64,000 nucleotides of DNA from an uncultured cyanobacterium (GCA_963744145.1 CAVUSO010000001.1:4992001-5056000); one strand, 5' to 3'. Shown: positions 8,201 to 18,968, counted from the stretch's first letter. Numbers and translations: made by a program. The notes: generated by a model not told the origin, from the sequence alone.

Positions 8201-10608
8201 CTTACAAATGTCGTACCTATTTTATTGTTCATAGCTATATTAGCCATTGGAAGAATTCTCTCAGTAGTAGATTGCCATTCTTCCAAGAAGCATATCAAGT
8301 GGGCTTAGAAACAGGTGACTTAGAGTCGAGTGCGTTAAATGCTCAAATGTATTGTGCCTATGCTTACTTTGCGGGTAACGAATTAACAACTCTGGCAACT
8401 GAGATGGAAACCTATCGACAGGGACTCTTACAGCTCAAACAAGAAACAGCACTCAATTTTCAAGCAATCTATCATCAAGCTGTTTTAAATTTGCTTGGAC
8501 GTTCAGTTGATGTCTGTCAATTAGATGGTGAAGTCTATCAGGAAACGCAAACACTGCCAATTCTTCAGCAATTAAACTTCCATACTGCTCTCTACTACTT
8601 GTACTACAACAAAACTGTTCTCTGCTACCTATTCAGACAATATCAGCAAGCAGCAGATTGTGCCGTGTTAGCTGAGTCATATTCTGATGGTATGGTTGGG
8701 ATGTTTGCCGTACCGCTTTTCTGTTTTTATAGCTCTCTGATCTATTTAGAATTATCTGGATCGATTACTGAATTTGAACAACATCAGTATCTAGAAAAAG
8801 TTAGGAGCAATCAAGAGAAGCTAAAGCGATGGTCAGAATATTCACCCATGAATCATCTACATAAATGGTATTTGGTTGAAGCCGAAAAAAATCGAGTTTT
8901 CGGTAATAAAAATCAAGCAATTGAATATTACGATCGGGCTATTTCCGGTGCTAAAGAAAATCAATTCCTTCATGAAGAAGCATTAGCCAATGAACTAACG
9001 GCGAAATTCTACTGGGAATGGAATAAAGAAAAAGTCGCTCAAGCTTATATGATTGAGGCGTATTATTGCTATGCTCGATGGGGAGCCACAGCTAAAGTAC
9101 AAGATTTAGAACAACGTTATCCTCAATTACTTACTCCCATCACCAAGCAATCTCGTTCTTCTATCTCCTTCGAGGGAACTATCTCTCAAGGAATAGGATC
9201 TTCTAACTGTTCTTCTACTAGCATTTCTGAAGCTCTAGATTTAGCAGCTATTCTCAAATCCTCTCAAGCCATTTCAGTCGAGATTGAACTCAATCAACTT
9301 CTTACTACTCTCCTTAAAATAGTCATTACCAATGCTGGTGCTGATAAATGTGTCTTATTACTCAAACAAGATAGTTCATTACAAGTAGTAGCTATTATTG
9401 AAGAGGGACAATCACCGCAACTATTACCACAAATTCCGCTAGAATTAAGTCAGGATGTGGCAATTAGTTTGGTAAATACTGTCAAAAATAGTTTAGAAAC
9501 TTTAGTCATAGTTGATCCGAACATAAATTCGCTGTTGGTGGGCGATCGCTATTTTGAACAACACCAACCTCAAAGTATTCTTTGTACTCCAATTCTCCAT
9601 CAAGGTCAGTTAATCGGAATTTTATACTTAGAAAATAATCTGACCTTTGGAGCATTTACAAGTGAGCGGGTTAAAGTGTTGAATTTAATTTGTTCTCAAG
9701 CTGCTATTTCCTTAGAAAATGCCCGTCTATATCAAGCATCTCAACAAGCATTAACTGAACTAAAACAAGCCCAATTAAAGATAGTCCAAAGTGAAAAAAT
9801 GTCGGCTTTAGGTAATTTAGTTGCTGGTGTCGCTCACGAGATTAATAATCCGATTGGGTTCCTGGCTGGTAATATTAATCCAGCTTTAGACTATATCAAT
9901 GATTTGTTTGAATTAATCAATCTATTTCAGCAAAAATTTCCCCAACTAGATCCAGATATTGAAGCAAAAATCGCCACAATTCATCTGGATTATATTCGAG
10001 AAGATTTACCGAAGTTGATTGGCTCAATGAAGGAAGGAGTGAAGCGGATTAAAGATATTAGTATTAGTCTCAGAACTTTTTCCCGTGCAGATAGCGATCG
10101 CCCGATTTCTGCTAATATCGAGGATGGGATCAATAGTACCATTATGATCCTGAAGCATCGCTTAAAAGCAACGGAATGTCGTCCGGAGATTCAAATAATC
10201 AAAGATTATGGTGATTTACCACCAGTAGAGTGCTATCCAGGACAGCTCAATCAAGTGTTTATGAATCTTTTAGCTAATGCGATCGATGCTCTGGATGAAT
10301 CCAATCTTGGACGGAGTTTTACCGAGATTCAAACTCATCCTAATCAAATTATCATTCAGACTGAGTTATCTGGCGATCGCCAATGGGCAATCATTAAAAT
10401 TTGTGACAATGGAATTGGGATGACTGATCAGGTAAAATCGAAAATATTTGACCATTTATTTACTACCAAAGAAGTTAGTAAAGGGACAGGTTTAGGATTA
10501 GCGATCGCCCGGGAAATTATTGTGGAAAAACACGCTGGGACAATAGAGGTAAATTCAACTTTAGGTCAAGGGACGGAGTTTGTGATTACCATTCCGATCA
10601 AAGCATAA
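5215..10608 (+). CDS. Hybrid Ser/Thr kinase - AAA ATPase - GAF - histidine kinase (HstK-like)
   Basis: HKDIKPSN, DFS, GTLAYISPE; Walker A GFSGIGKT; GAF region; HEINNP H-box; GTGLGL G-box. Confidence 0.95.
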   Translation: MIKINTLLGYQITEQIYAGTRTIVYRGVRESVGTDPQCKNPQPVIIKLLQNDYPTFSELLQFRNQYTITKNLNSPLIIQTYSLEPYQNSYGLVMEDFGGISLHQWAVTGEKSLSLREFLELAIALCDSLALLDRERIIHKDIKPSNILINPETNQVKLIDFSIASLLPREPQTLISPNGLEGTLAYISPEQTGRMNRGIDYRTDLYSLGVTFYELLTKELPFQTNDPMELVYCHMAKTAPQVHEIKPEIPAIISEIVRKLMAKNAEDRYQSALGLKFDLETCLGQLQEHGEIKSFPIAQRDVSDRFMIPDQLYGRETEVETLLQAFERVSTGNTEMMLVAGFSGIGKTAVINEVHKPIVRQRGYFIKGKYDQFQRNIPFSAFVQAFRDLIGQLYSESEAQLQTWQSQILTAVGENGQVLIEVIPELENIIGKQPPLPELSGNAAQNRFNLLMQKFVQVFTSKKHPLVIFLDDLQWADSASLNLLQLLMQDTGHLLILGAYRDNEVFPAHPLLLTVDKIVKAGAIVNKITLLPLSKLDTKRLVTDTLNCDSSLAKPLTKLIYQKTQGNPFFITQFLKALYDDQIITFDWETQHWQCDIAQVKILAITNDVVEFMTLQLQKLPTQTQDILKLAACIGTQFDLNTLIIVSEKSAGMTATILWKALQEEFIIPITKIYKLFTQSADQEVFQVSVNPTYRFLHDRVQQAAYSLIPDEQKQSTHLKIGQLLLKNTSVEEREEHIFTIVNQLNSGKDLITQTAERDQLVQLNLIAAQKAKISTAYGAATEYLEICIHFLPEDSWKSQTDLTRTIYELAAEVAYLSTNYQQMEQLVELILSHTDNLIDKIRVYEIKMLGVKAQAQLRESLQIGLQILQFLGIEFPAQPTPDDIGEALERTLLTWKNRSILSLLNLPVMTDPIKLAAMRILTQMIAPAYQSFPILMPLLIFKQIELSISSGNCEISAFSYADYGLVLCGIVGDLAAGYQFGQLALTVLDRFQVKAYKCRTYFIVHSYISHWKNSLSSRLPFFQEAYQVGLETGDLESSALNAQMYCAYAYFAGNELTTLATEMETYRQGLLQLKQETALNFQAIYHQAVLNLLGRSVDVCQLDGEVYQETQTLPILQQLNFHTALYYLYYNKTVLCYLFRQYQQAADCAVLAESYSDGMVGMFAVPLFCFYSSLIYLELSGSITEFEQHQYLEKVRSNQEKLKRWSEYSPMNHLHKWYLVEAEKNRVFGNKNQAIEYYDRAISGAKENQFLHEEALANELTAKFYWEWNKEKVAQAYMIEAYYCYARWGATAKVQDLEQRYPQLLTPITKQSRSSISFEGTISQGIGSSNCSSTSISEALDLAAILKSSQAISVEIELNQLLTTLLKIVITNAGADKCVLLLKQDSSLQVVAIIEEGQSPQLLPQIPLELSQDVAISLVNTVKNSLETLVIVDPNINSLLVGDRYFEQHQPQSILCTPILHQGQLIGILYLENNLTFGAFTSERVKVLNLICSQAAISLENARLYQASQQALTELKQAQLKIVQSEKMSALGNLVAGVAHEINNPIGFLAGNINPALDYINDLFELINLFQQKFPQLDPDIEAKIATIHLDYIREDLPKLIGSMKEGVKRIKDISISLRTFSRADSDRPISANIEDGINSTIMILKHRLKATECRPEIQIIKDYGDLPPVECYPGQLNQVFMNLLANAIDALDESNLGRSFTEIQTHPNQIIIQTELSGDRQWAIIKICDNGIGMTDQVKSKIFDHLFTTKEVSKGTGLGLAIAREIIVEKHAGTIEVNSTLGQGTEFVITIPIKA

Positions 10609-10703
10609 AGCCTATTCCAGGTTGATGAAGTCCAGGAGCAGCAGTTGGTAAAATAGTGTTTGAAATGCTCGCCATAATTCGATCGGGTTAAAGTCGCTCA
10701 CTA

Positions 10704-11285
10704 TCAAATATTAGACAAAATCCAATCAACTGCAACTGGTAAATCAGGCGCAATAAAATGTGGTTTAGTATAGTGTTGATAATCACCTCCAAGCACGCGA
10801 TCGCCATAACCAGTTTTAACTAAAATTCCTGTACAACCTGCATTATGAGCTAGATCCACATCAGTAGCTTTATCTCCCACCATAAAACTTTTAGTTAATT
10901 CTAAATCATGTTCCCATGCCGCAGCTACTAACATTCCTGTATTTGGTTTGCGCCATGTACTCCACCGATTAAATTCAGGATTAATTCCTCCTTCAGGTGG
11001 ACTCAAATAAGGACAATAATATAGTGCATCTAATTTAGCACCTGCTTCCACATCTAACAGTTGGATTAAACGTTGATGTAAAGCTTCGATATGATCAACG
11101 GGATAATAACCTCGAGCCGGACCTGCTTGATTAGACACCATGCAACAAAAAATTTGTTGATCATTTAATTTTCGCACAGCTTGGGCAACACCTGGAATTA
11201 AATTCAAATCTTCTAACCGATGGATATAACCAACTTCAATATTCAGGACTCCATCGCGGTCTAAAAATACAGCAAGTTGAGACAT
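10704..11285 (-). CDS. gmhB: D-glycero-manno-heptose 1,7-bisphosphate phosphatase (HAD-IIIA)
   Basis: FLDRDGVLN, SNQ, RKPNTGM, MVGDKATD. Confidence 0.85.
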   Translation of the reverse strand: MSQLAVFLDRDGVLNIEVGYIHRLEDLNLIPGVAQAVRKLNDQQIFCCMVSNQAGPARGYYPVDHIEALHQRLIQLLDVEAGAKLDALYYCPYLSPPEGGINPEFNRWSTWRKPNTGMLVAAAWEHDLELTKSFMVGDKATDVDLAHNAGCTGILVKTGYGDRVLGGDYQHYTKPHFIAPDLPVAVDWILSNI

Positions 11286-11323
11286 TTTTAACTAAAATTA
11301 GCAAATTTTTGGTGTACTATAAT

Positions 11324-11451
11324 GACCTCTCCCCCAATCCCTCTCCTCAGAGGAAAGAGGAGTAGAATGACTCCGATTAAATCTCCCATAAATTTAATCA
11401 GCTTAATTGCTCCCCCTTCCCTAAAAGGGAAGGGGGTTGGGGGGTTAGGTC
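11324..11451. repeat. Intergenic inverted-repeat element (cyanobacterial dispersed repeat / MITE-like)
   Basis: GACCTCTCCCCCAATCCC at the left end pairs imperfectly with GGGGGTTGGGGGGTTAGGTC at the right; internal hairpin CCCCCTTCCC-TAAAA-GGGAAGGGGG. Confidence 0.7.
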
Positions 11452-11533
11452 GATCATGGGAGAATCGAGTATCAAACAGCCCTGCTAGAATTTACCATTT
11501 TAATTTAGGTAAATCTAGGTATTTCAGCTTCTG

Positions 11534-12496
11534 CTACTTACCCCAAATTTTAGCCAATACTGTTGCTGGTGAGATATCTGCCATTTTACCAGTAGGTGAT
11601 TTAATTGCCAAAAACTTATCATTCTTGGGCAATAATTTCTCTGGATCTGTTGGACCAAACAGAGCAATAGTATAAGTTTGTACTGCTACAGCGATGTGCA
11701 TGGGAGCGCTATCCGTACATATCATTAAATTGGCAGAGGCAATCATCCCTGCTAGTTTACCAATATCTGCGGGTGATGTTACCTTTAAACCTGGACAAGA
11801 TTGCAGCAATTTACTTACAAATTCTTGATCTTCTGGTCCTTGCACTAACACAACTGGTATTTCTGGTTGTCGTTGCTGCAAGTTTTGAATAATTTGTTGC
11901 CAATTGTTACTGGAGTAAATTTTATCAATCCCTTTGATCACAGCTAACTCACTAGATCCACCATGAATTAAAATGTAGCCGCTATCCCGAATTCCCAGCT
12001 TTTTCTGTTCAGCTTCAGCCCAATCTAAATCGGATTTAGGTACATTTAAAGCTAGTTCTGGACAAGGGTGATTAATTCCTAAACCTTGCAATAAATCGTG
12101 ATACATCCAAGCTGCATACTGGTTAGGTTTTAAAGGTACAGAATTAGTCAGAAATCTAGAATCTCCACTCTTACCATAACCAATCCGAATCGGAATTCCT
12201 GTTAACCATAACAATAGTCCAACAGTCCAACGTTGTCCTAAGGACAAGACAACTTCATATTCGCGCTCGCGGATAATCCCTAATAAGTTTGCCCAATCAG
12301 CTAAACCATTACGACTTTTAAAATCATAGCCAATGACATCGTTAACTGACTGGCAAACCCGATAAGCAGTTTTTGCTCTTGGTTCAACAATAACATCTAT
12401 TTGGGCATCTGGATAATAGCGTTTGAGGTCATCCAGGGTTGGGAAAAATAAAATTTGATCACCAATCCCACCGGGAACAAGAGCCACTATTCGCAT
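11534..12496 (-). CDS. Glycosyltransferase family 9 (RfaF/heptosyltransferase-like)
   Basis: PGGIGDQIL, DSAPMHIAVA, ALFGPTDP. Confidence 0.9.
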   Translation of the reverse strand: MRIVALVPGGIGDQILFFPTLDDLKRYYPDAQIDVIVEPRAKTAYRVCQSVNDVIGYDFKSRNGLADWANLLGIIREREYEVVLSLGQRWTVGLLLWLTGIPIRIGYGKSGDSRFLTNSVPLKPNQYAAWMYHDLLQGLGINHPCPELALNVPKSDLDWAEAEQKKLGIRDSGYILIHGGSSELAVIKGIDKIYSSNNWQQIIQNLQQRQPEIPVVLVQGPEDQEFVSKLLQSCPGLKVTSPADIGKLAGMIASANLMICTDSAPMHIAVAVQTYTIALFGPTDPEKLLPKNDKFLAIKSPTGKMADISPATVLAKIWGK

Positions 12497-12571
12497 AAAT
12501 ATGTACCTATTTTGCAAAGATCAGGATCATTCAGTCTCTTAAAATATAACTATTTGGGCTAAGAACGCTGC

Positions 12572-13267
12572 ATGTATTTATTAATTCCTGCTGCTGGAAT
12601 GGGACGTCGGATGGGTAGCGATCGCAATAAATTGCTCCTGACTTTACTGGGTAAACCTTTGATTGCTTGGACTCTGAGTGCTGCTGAAGCGTCTCGTCAA
12701 ATTACCTGGATTGGGATTATTGGTCAACCAGAAGATTGGTCAGATTTTCACGAAATTTTAGACAATCTATCATTAAGCAAACCAGTACAGCTAATTCAGG
12801 GGGGTGCTACTCGTCAGGAATCAGTTTATCAAGGTTTGCAAGGTCTACCACCAAGTGCTCAAAAGGTATTAATCCATGATGGGGCTCGCTGTTTAGCTAC
12901 ACCAAATTTATTTGATCGATGTGCAGAAGCACTTGCGGGATATTCGGGTTTAATTGCGGCTGTCCCAGTCAAGGATACCATTAAAATTGTGGATGAAAAG
13001 GGTATAATTAAGGCGACACCAGACCGTAAAGATTTGTGGGCTGCCCAGACTCCGCAAGGTTTTGTCGTCCAACTATTGAAAGATTGTCACGAAAAAGGAC
13101 GACAGGAAGGTTGGGAAGTCACGGATGATGCTGCTTTATTTGAAAGATGTAGTTTATCTGTGCGTGTGGTGGAGGGAGAAGAGACCAATTTAAAAATCAC
13201 TACTCCGGTCGATTTAGCGATCGCAGAATTTATCCTCCGTCAACGAACTAGCTCCTTGATGGGTTAG
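12572..13267 (+). CDS. ispD: 2-C-methyl-D-erythritol 4-phosphate cytidylyltransferase
   Basis: IPAAGMGRRM, HDGARC, AAQTPQGF, VTDDA, NLKITTPVDL. Confidence 0.97.
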   Translation: MYLLIPAAGMGRRMGSDRNKLLLTLLGKPLIAWTLSAAEASRQITWIGIIGQPEDWSDFHEILDNLSLSKPVQLIQGGATRQESVYQGLQGLPPSAQKVLIHDGARCLATPNLFDRCAEALAGYSGLIAAVPVKDTIKIVDEKGIIKATPDRKDLWAAQTPQGFVVQLLKDCHEKGRQEGWEVTDDAALFERCSLSVRVVEGEETNLKITTPVDLAIAEFILRQRTSSLMG

Positions 13268-15099
13268 TTTTTCAGTGCTGGCAAAAATCGAATTGGAGTA
13301 TGGGTGATGAGTTGCTGAATTTCTGTTGCTGTTTGTTCTGGGGTAAGAGCGGTCATAGTTAACAAAAATTTCACAATTGCAAAAGCCGGGGTTTTTGTCA
13401 AAAAGTAGCCTCCATGCACATCGATTTTTCCAGCAAAGAAAAAGGCAATATTGATCAGATCAATGATGATCCCATTGCTGCTATTTAATTGCCAACTAAC
13501 TTGACCAACTTCCGGCATTTCTGAGCAATCAATATAATTAAATTGTTCAAATAGTTCTAACCCAGAAGTTGGAGATACAATTGGTTGGGAATGAATGATA
13601 TTCCGCACCAAAGGAGTATACTGGTGCGGAACGGTTTCTGTTGTTGTTGGTTGGAGATAAATATTCCCTAGACGTAAACCAGACATATCTAAACTTGGTT
13701 CAGTAGACCAGTTAGCAAACGTGGAAAGATAGCGCAACACAATATCGCGATCGCTTGACATTAAATAAAGGTTCTGACAGCGATTAATGGCTGAATGGAC
13801 ATAATTATTTCTGCCATCGCGAATAAATTCCAATGGGATATCTGGAGCGACTAAAATTAATTGATCTAATTGCAAATTATCGCCGATTTGGCTGGCTGTT
13901 TCTGGGGAGTCATCTTTACCAAAACGATCTGAAAGTACCCGAAGTGCATCTATTATGGTTAAACAACCCATACTATGTCCAACTAAATTAACTATGATTG
14001 GTATAGTTGATGAAGCTGGAGTTTTATTCCGGTTAATTTGATGATCTAAACGCCAAAAAAATTCAGCTAAATCGGGGGAGCCATAGTGAATTGCTCGATA
14101 GCGATCGCGTTGATAAACTGTCAAACGTAACAATTGAAATAATAACCCCCAGAACATAAACAGTGTGGGGACAATCCAATACCAACGTACTGCATAAACA
14201 GCTACCTGAGCAAATTCAGTCCATGCCCAAATTTGGGAAATACCAGCCCAAGATCCCATCCAAATTAGCAGCGGAATTGCTAACAATTTCAGGAAGATAA
14301 ATAATCCAGTACCAGCTATTCCAGCTATTCCACTCAGGATAAATAAAAACTTGAAGATTATGCCCCAATTTTGAAAAATATCAATCCATAAACTAGGACT
14401 GGTAATTGGTTGCTCGCTTGGCCAACAGTAGCCAATCAAAAAGTGTTCAGATTTGAGGGTATTGCTAGGATTAGAACTGGGCAAATTTAATTCATCAGCT
14501 TCCTGAGCAAAATTGTGATAAAATTCTGGAGCTGGAGTACCATAACCGTGAGTACGTAAAGTTAATTCCTCACCAGAACTTTCCTGAATAATTTGAGCTA
14601 ATTCGTTAATATTAAAGAGAGGTCTCCATTGTGAAAGGGGAGGTAACTGTCGATCTATGTTTCGGGAAATAGAAGCAGTGCTAGTCACGAGAAAAATATT
14701 ATGATGATTTCGACTAGCATAGACCTCAAAATTACGGCTAATTGCTTGGCTAAATTGCCGATCGTGCCAGCTATTGAGAGTTTTAACTACATATTCTTCA
14801 TTTAATTGTGCTGCTAATACCGGAGATTGGGTTAAATCATAGCGATCGCGCAAAGTTTCGGCAATCTCGATCGCACTAGTCAATCCAGCATAGATTGGTA
14901 ATTCATCAATTGTCTGGGTGATCGTTGCTACCGGAGTCCGATATGCTAACTGAACAATTCGGGTTTTGATCCACCAATCCGAACCAGGAGCAGCATTACG
15001 AATAATTGATTCTAACCAGTCGCGATCGTCTTTACCAGTTTGGTTAGATTCATTATGCCAATCAAAGGGCAGATGGTCGTAACTTGGTTTAATTCCCAT
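13264..15099 (-). CDS. Membrane-associated alpha/beta hydrolase (DUF900-like)
   Basis: HGY, GYCWPS, GHSMG nucleophile elbow, LVAPD; internal hydrophobic segments. Confidence 0.75.
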   Translation of the reverse strand: MGIKPSYDHLPFDWHNESNQTGKDDRDWLESIIRNAAPGSDWWIKTRIVQLAYRTPVATITQTIDELPIYAGLTSAIEIAETLRDRYDLTQSPVLAAQLNEEYVVKTLNSWHDRQFSQAISRNFEVYASRNHHNIFLVTSTASISRNIDRQLPPLSQWRPLFNINELAQIIQESSGEELTLRTHGYGTPAPEFYHNFAQEADELNLPSSNPSNTLKSEHFLIGYCWPSEQPITSPSLWIDIFQNWGIIFKFLFILSGIAGIAGTGLFIFLKLLAIPLLIWMGSWAGISQIWAWTEFAQVAVYAVRWYWIVPTLFMFWGLLFQLLRLTVYQRDRYRAIHYGSPDLAEFFWRLDHQINRNKTPASSTIPIIVNLVGHSMGCLTIIDALRVLSDRFGKDDSPETASQIGDNLQLDQLILVAPDIPLEFIRDGRNNYVHSAINRCQNLYLMSSDRDIVLRYLSTFANWSTEPSLDMSGLRLGNIYLQPTTTETVPHQYTPLVRNIIHSQPIVSPTSGLELFEQFNYIDCSEMPEVGQVSWQLNSSNGIIIDLINIAFFFAGKIDVHGGYFLTKTPAFAIVKFLLTMTALTPEQTATEIQQLITHTPIRFLPALKN

Positions 15100-15252
15100 A
15101 TTTTCATCTAAGTTGATAAATGGTAATTCTGATCTGATTTATTATGATGTACTTTTTACCTGATGATGAAGATTTAGTGTTTCCACTAGCATTAATAGTA
15201 ATTAATAAGGTAAAATATGGTGCCCAAGATGGATTGAGAGGTTAGGCAAAAA

Positions 15253-16005
15253 TTGATTATGTTAGGGGCACCAAAAAAAATTTCCGTATTCGGTCTACCA
15301 GTGCATCTGCTCGAAAATTATTCTGACTGGTTAAGCTCGCGTTGGCAAGAAAATTTAGGGGGCCATGTGGTCACGCTGAACGCAGAAATGACGATTGAAG
15401 CAGAAAAAAATGCCAATTTAGCCGAGATCATTAATCAAGCGGATTTAGTGATTCCGGATGGTGCAGGAATAGTGCTGTACTTGCGTCTCCAAGGTGAAAA
15501 AGTTCAGCGTTGTCCTGGAATTGAATTAGCTGAATCGCTACTGGTAAAAGCTGGACAGAAAGAATCTGGTAGCGTGTTTTTCTATGGAGGTATCCCAGGG
15601 ATAGCCGAAACCGCTGCAATGCTATGGAAACAGCGATTACCAGGATTAAAGATTGCAGGAACTCAACATGGCTATAATTCTGCGATCGAAGCAGAAGAAT
15701 TGAACCAAAAATTACAACAGTTTCAGCCCAGGTTGATTTTAGTGGGCTTGGGTGCGCCGCGTCAAGAATTTTGGATTGCGGAACATCGTTATTTGTGTCC
15801 AGATGCAATTTGGATTGGCATCGGCGGTAGTATGGATATTTGGGCAGGAGTTAAATCTCGGGCACCAGTTTGGTTACGGGACAATCATCTTGAATGGTTT
15901 TATCGACTTTATCAAGAACCCTATCGCTGGAAAAGAATGCTAGCTTTACCAAAGTTCGCTTGGAAAGCTTTGTTATATCAGATCAGCATCATGATCAATA
16001 TTTAG
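15253..16005 (+). CDS. WecB/TagA/CpsF glycosyltransferase
   Basis: VTLNAE, PDGAG, VGLGAPRQE, GIGGSMD, RAP..LEWFYRL. Confidence 0.93.
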   Translation: MIMLGAPKKISVFGLPVHLLENYSDWLSSRWQENLGGHVVTLNAEMTIEAEKNANLAEIINQADLVIPDGAGIVLYLRLQGEKVQRCPGIELAESLLVKAGQKESGSVFFYGGIPGIAETAAMLWKQRLPGLKIAGTQHGYNSAIEAEELNQKLQQFQPRLILVGLGAPRQEFWIAEHRYLCPDAIWIGIGGSMDIWAGVKSRAPVWLRDNHLEWFYRLYQEPYRWKRMLALPKFAWKALLYQISIMINI

Positions 16006-16050
16006 TTAGAGCGGTTGTCCCCTCCAAATTCAAGGAGATTAAGGTATTTT

Positions 16051-17007
16051 ATGAAAAGTGTCATTCCCGAAATAGATAACATCAACCGTCAGCTAATGAG
16101 TATAGATAAATCAAAAAAACCAAAAATGCTGGTTGTCGATGACGAACCAGATAATCTTGATCTCCTATACCGAACCTTCCGACGCGATTTTCAAGTGCTT
16201 AGAGCAGATAGTGGTGTTCGGGCCGTAGAAGTCTTGGAAAATGAAGGTGAAGTAGCAGTGATCATATCCGATCAGCGGATGCCGGAAATGAAAGGAACTG
16301 AATTTCTGAAGAAAACCCTACCTAATTTTCCCAATACAGTCCGGATTATCTTAACCGGTTTTACTGATGTGGAGGATTTGGTGGAAGCCATTAATTCGGG
16401 CCAAGTCTATAAGTACATCACCAAACCCTGGGACCCAAATGAGTTAAAAGTAGTAGTCCAACGAGCCGCAGAAACCTACGAAATTCTGAAACAAAGGACA
16501 GAAGAACTACACCGCGCTCAAGCTCAAACAGCTCTGTTAGCCACCGTGGTAAAAGTAGCTCAAGAATTTACTACCATAGAAGCTTGTTTATCACCAATTG
16601 CTGAGGCATTTGGCCAAAATTTTAATGCGGATGGCTGCATTTTACAATTGGTCGAAGGTACTACTCTGACATCAGAACAGGGAATTTATAGTGCTGATGG
16701 TCAGTGCAAAAACTGGTTAGCAGATGATCCCTTAACTAATCAAGCGATCGCGACTAAGCAAATGCAAATAGTTCTGGATGTCACGAGTAATAAATCTTTA
16801 GCTGAGGTGGGACATTACCAAGCATCAGGAGTTAAAAGTCATTTCGTGATCCCCATTACTTACCGCGATGACTTGTTAGGTATTTTATCACTCCAATGGA
16901 AAAATCCCTGCCAGTTGCGGGAAGATGAAGTAATTTTAATTCATTTGTCTGCTCAACAGGTAGCGATCGCGCTCAATTGTGCTAAGTTCTATGGGAAAAA
17001 TTCATAG
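16051..17007 (+). CDS. Response regulator receiver + GAF protein
   Basis: LVVDDE, ISDQRMP, YITKPW; C-terminal GAF-like region. Confidence 0.9.
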   Translation: MKSVIPEIDNINRQLMSIDKSKKPKMLVVDDEPDNLDLLYRTFRRDFQVLRADSGVRAVEVLENEGEVAVIISDQRMPEMKGTEFLKKTLPNFPNTVRIILTGFTDVEDLVEAINSGQVYKYITKPWDPNELKVVVQRAAETYEILKQRTEELHRAQAQTALLATVVKVAQEFTTIEACLSPIAEAFGQNFNADGCILQLVEGTTLTSEQGIYSADGQCKNWLADDPLTNQAIATKQMQIVLDVTSNKSLAEVGHYQASGVKSHFVIPITYRDDLLGILSLQWKNPCQLREDEVILIHLSAQQVAIALNCAKFYGKNS

Positions 17008-17010
17008 CTC

Positions 17011-17706
17011 ATGACCGATCTACCCATTCAGGATATTTTCAATCGGATTGCTCCAGTTTATGACCAACTAAATGATTGGTTAAGTTTGGGACTACATCGG
17101 ATCTGGAAACAGATGACAATTAAATGGAGTGAAGCTAGTCCAGGAGATCTATGTTTGGATGTTTGCTGTGGGAGCGGGGATTTGACCTGGATGTTAGCTC
17201 AACAAGTCGGGGTCACTGGACAGGTGATCGGGGTGGATTTTGCGACCTCACAGTTAGCGATCGCTAGAGAGCGATATGAAAACCGATATCCAAATTTTGC
17301 CATTACTTGGATGGAAGCAGATGCGCTGAGTTTACCTTTTCCTGATCACTATTTTGATGCAGTAACAATGGGTTATGGACTGCGAAACTTGAGGGATATT
17401 CCCCGTGGGATGAAAGAATTACACCGAGTTCTCAAACCAGGTGCTAAAGCTGCTATTTTAGACTTCCATCGTCCTAGTCATCCCCAACTCATCAGTTTTC
17501 AGCAGTGGTATTTGGACAATATTGTCGTCCCAACAGCCCAAAGATTTGGTCTGACCGCAGAATATGCCTATATTAGCTCTAGTTTAGCTAAATTTCTGAC
17601 CGGCCCAGAACAAGAGCAACTATCTCGTGAAATTGGATTTGCCAAAGCGATCCATTATCCGATGATGAATGGCATGATGGGAGTATTGGTAGTTACGAAA
17701 GTGTAG
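17011..17706 (+). CDS. menG: Demethylphylloquinone/menaquinone methyltransferase (UbiE/MenG)
   Basis: FNRIAPVYDQLNDWLSLGLH, LDVCCGSGD, GYGLRN, LKPG. Confidence 0.9.
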   Translation: MTDLPIQDIFNRIAPVYDQLNDWLSLGLHRIWKQMTIKWSEASPGDLCLDVCCGSGDLTWMLAQQVGVTGQVIGVDFATSQLAIARERYENRYPNFAITWMEADALSLPFPDHYFDAVTMGYGLRNLRDIPRGMKELHRVLKPGAKAAILDFHRPSHPQLISFQQWYLDNIVVPTAQRFGLTAEYAYISSSLAKFLTGPEQEQLSREIGFAKAIHYPMMNGMMGVLVVTKV

Positions 17707-17735
17707 CGCACTGATAGATAGTTGAAGTCATTGCC

Positions 17736-18968
17736 TTGAATTTCTCTGAACTCTGGATTTATTTCACCCCACCGATCGCTGGTGCAGTTATTGGCTATTT
17801 TACGAACGATATAGCCATTAAAATGCTATTTCGACCCTATCGTCCTTATTATCTGTTCAATCGTCAAGTCCCCTTTACCCCTGGTTTAATTCCCCATAAT
17901 CAGGAACGTTTAGCTAAAAGGATCTCTGATACGATCATGGGGTCGCTGTTGACCCCAGAGGAATTAGAAAATTTAGCCAGACGTTTGTTAGAAACTGAAA
18001 GGATGCAAGCGGCAATTTTATGGTTGCTGCAAATGGCGCTGGATCAAGTTAAACTAGATACTGAGCAAAAAACTGCCAAAATTGTGGCTGGGATTTTGCG
18101 AGATTTACTGGGACAAGGGTTACCTCGGATTTTAAAAGTATTAGCTAAAAGAGAAGATTTTTTAGAAGTCCAGTTAAATCAAATTTTTGACCAGGTTTTG
18201 TTAGAATTCCAGTTGAGTGAAGCCCAAGCTACTCAGCTATCTGATTGGTTACTCACAGTAGTATTACCTCCGGATGTATTGCGGCAAACCTTAATTGATT
18301 TTCTCACCGATCGCAATATTCAAACCATTGATGAAGGATTTCGGGAAAAGTCAAGTGGGACTTATTGGGTAGTCGCAAATTTACTGGGGTTAAGGAATAC
18401 CTTAACTCGTTTACGCACCTTTTGTTTGGATGAAAAAGAGGAAAGTAACGCTCGTTTAGCGGAATTAATTAGTTCTTTAGGACTGCGATCGCGCATGAAG
18501 GAATGGTGGCAAAATTTATCTTTACAAAATCTACCAGTTAGTACAGTCAGACAATTACGAAAAACTTTACGAGATAGTGTCCGATCTTATTTACAAACTC
18601 GCGGTACTGATGTATTGGAAGGATTAAGTAAATCAATTGATTGGGAAAATGTAGCTAGTTTAATTCTGGCTCGATTGCAATCTTCTAGAATAGTTAGTAG
18701 TTCATTAGAGCTAGTCAGTCAGGAATTAGCTTTAATTTTAGAGCGTTATTTAGAAAAAGATTTAGAAAAAATTGTAGCTCAAGTAATTCCGATTTTAAAT
18801 ATTGACCAAGTAATTATCGATCGAGTCAAAGCCACATCTCCGCAAGATTTAGAATTAGCAATACAGGGAATTGTCAAAAGCGAATTACAAGGAATCGTTA
18901 ATTTAGGGGGAATTTTGGGATTATTAGTTGGTTTGATGCAAACTATCACGCTAGTCTTACAAAGATAA
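17736..18968 (+). CDS. DUF445 family membrane protein
   Basis: [26 protein letters not shown]-terminal [13 protein letters not shown]. Confidence 0.88.
   Translation: MNFSELWIYFTPPIAGAVIGYFTNDIAIKMLFRPYRPYYLFNRQVPFTPGLIPHNQERLAKRISDTIMGSLLTPEELENLARRLLETERMQAAILWLLQMALDQVKLDTEQKTAKIVAGILRDLLGQGLPRILKVLAKREDFLEVQLNQIFDQVLLEFQLSEAQATQLSDWLLTVVLPPDVLRQTLIDFLTDRNIQTIDEGFREKSSGTYWVVANLLGLRNTLTRLRTFCLDEKEESNARLAELISSLGLRSRMKEWWQNLSLQNLPVSTVRQLRKTLRDSVRSYLQTRGTDVLEGLSKSIDWENVASLILARLQSSRIVSSSLELVSQELALILERYLEKDLEKIVAQVIPILNIDQVIIDRVKATSPQDLELAIQGIVKSELQGIVNLGGILGLLVGLMQTITLVLQR

Noticed and set aside
11322..11675. 117-aa ORF
   Set aside because: It is a translation of the inverted-repeat element plus the antisense of GT9
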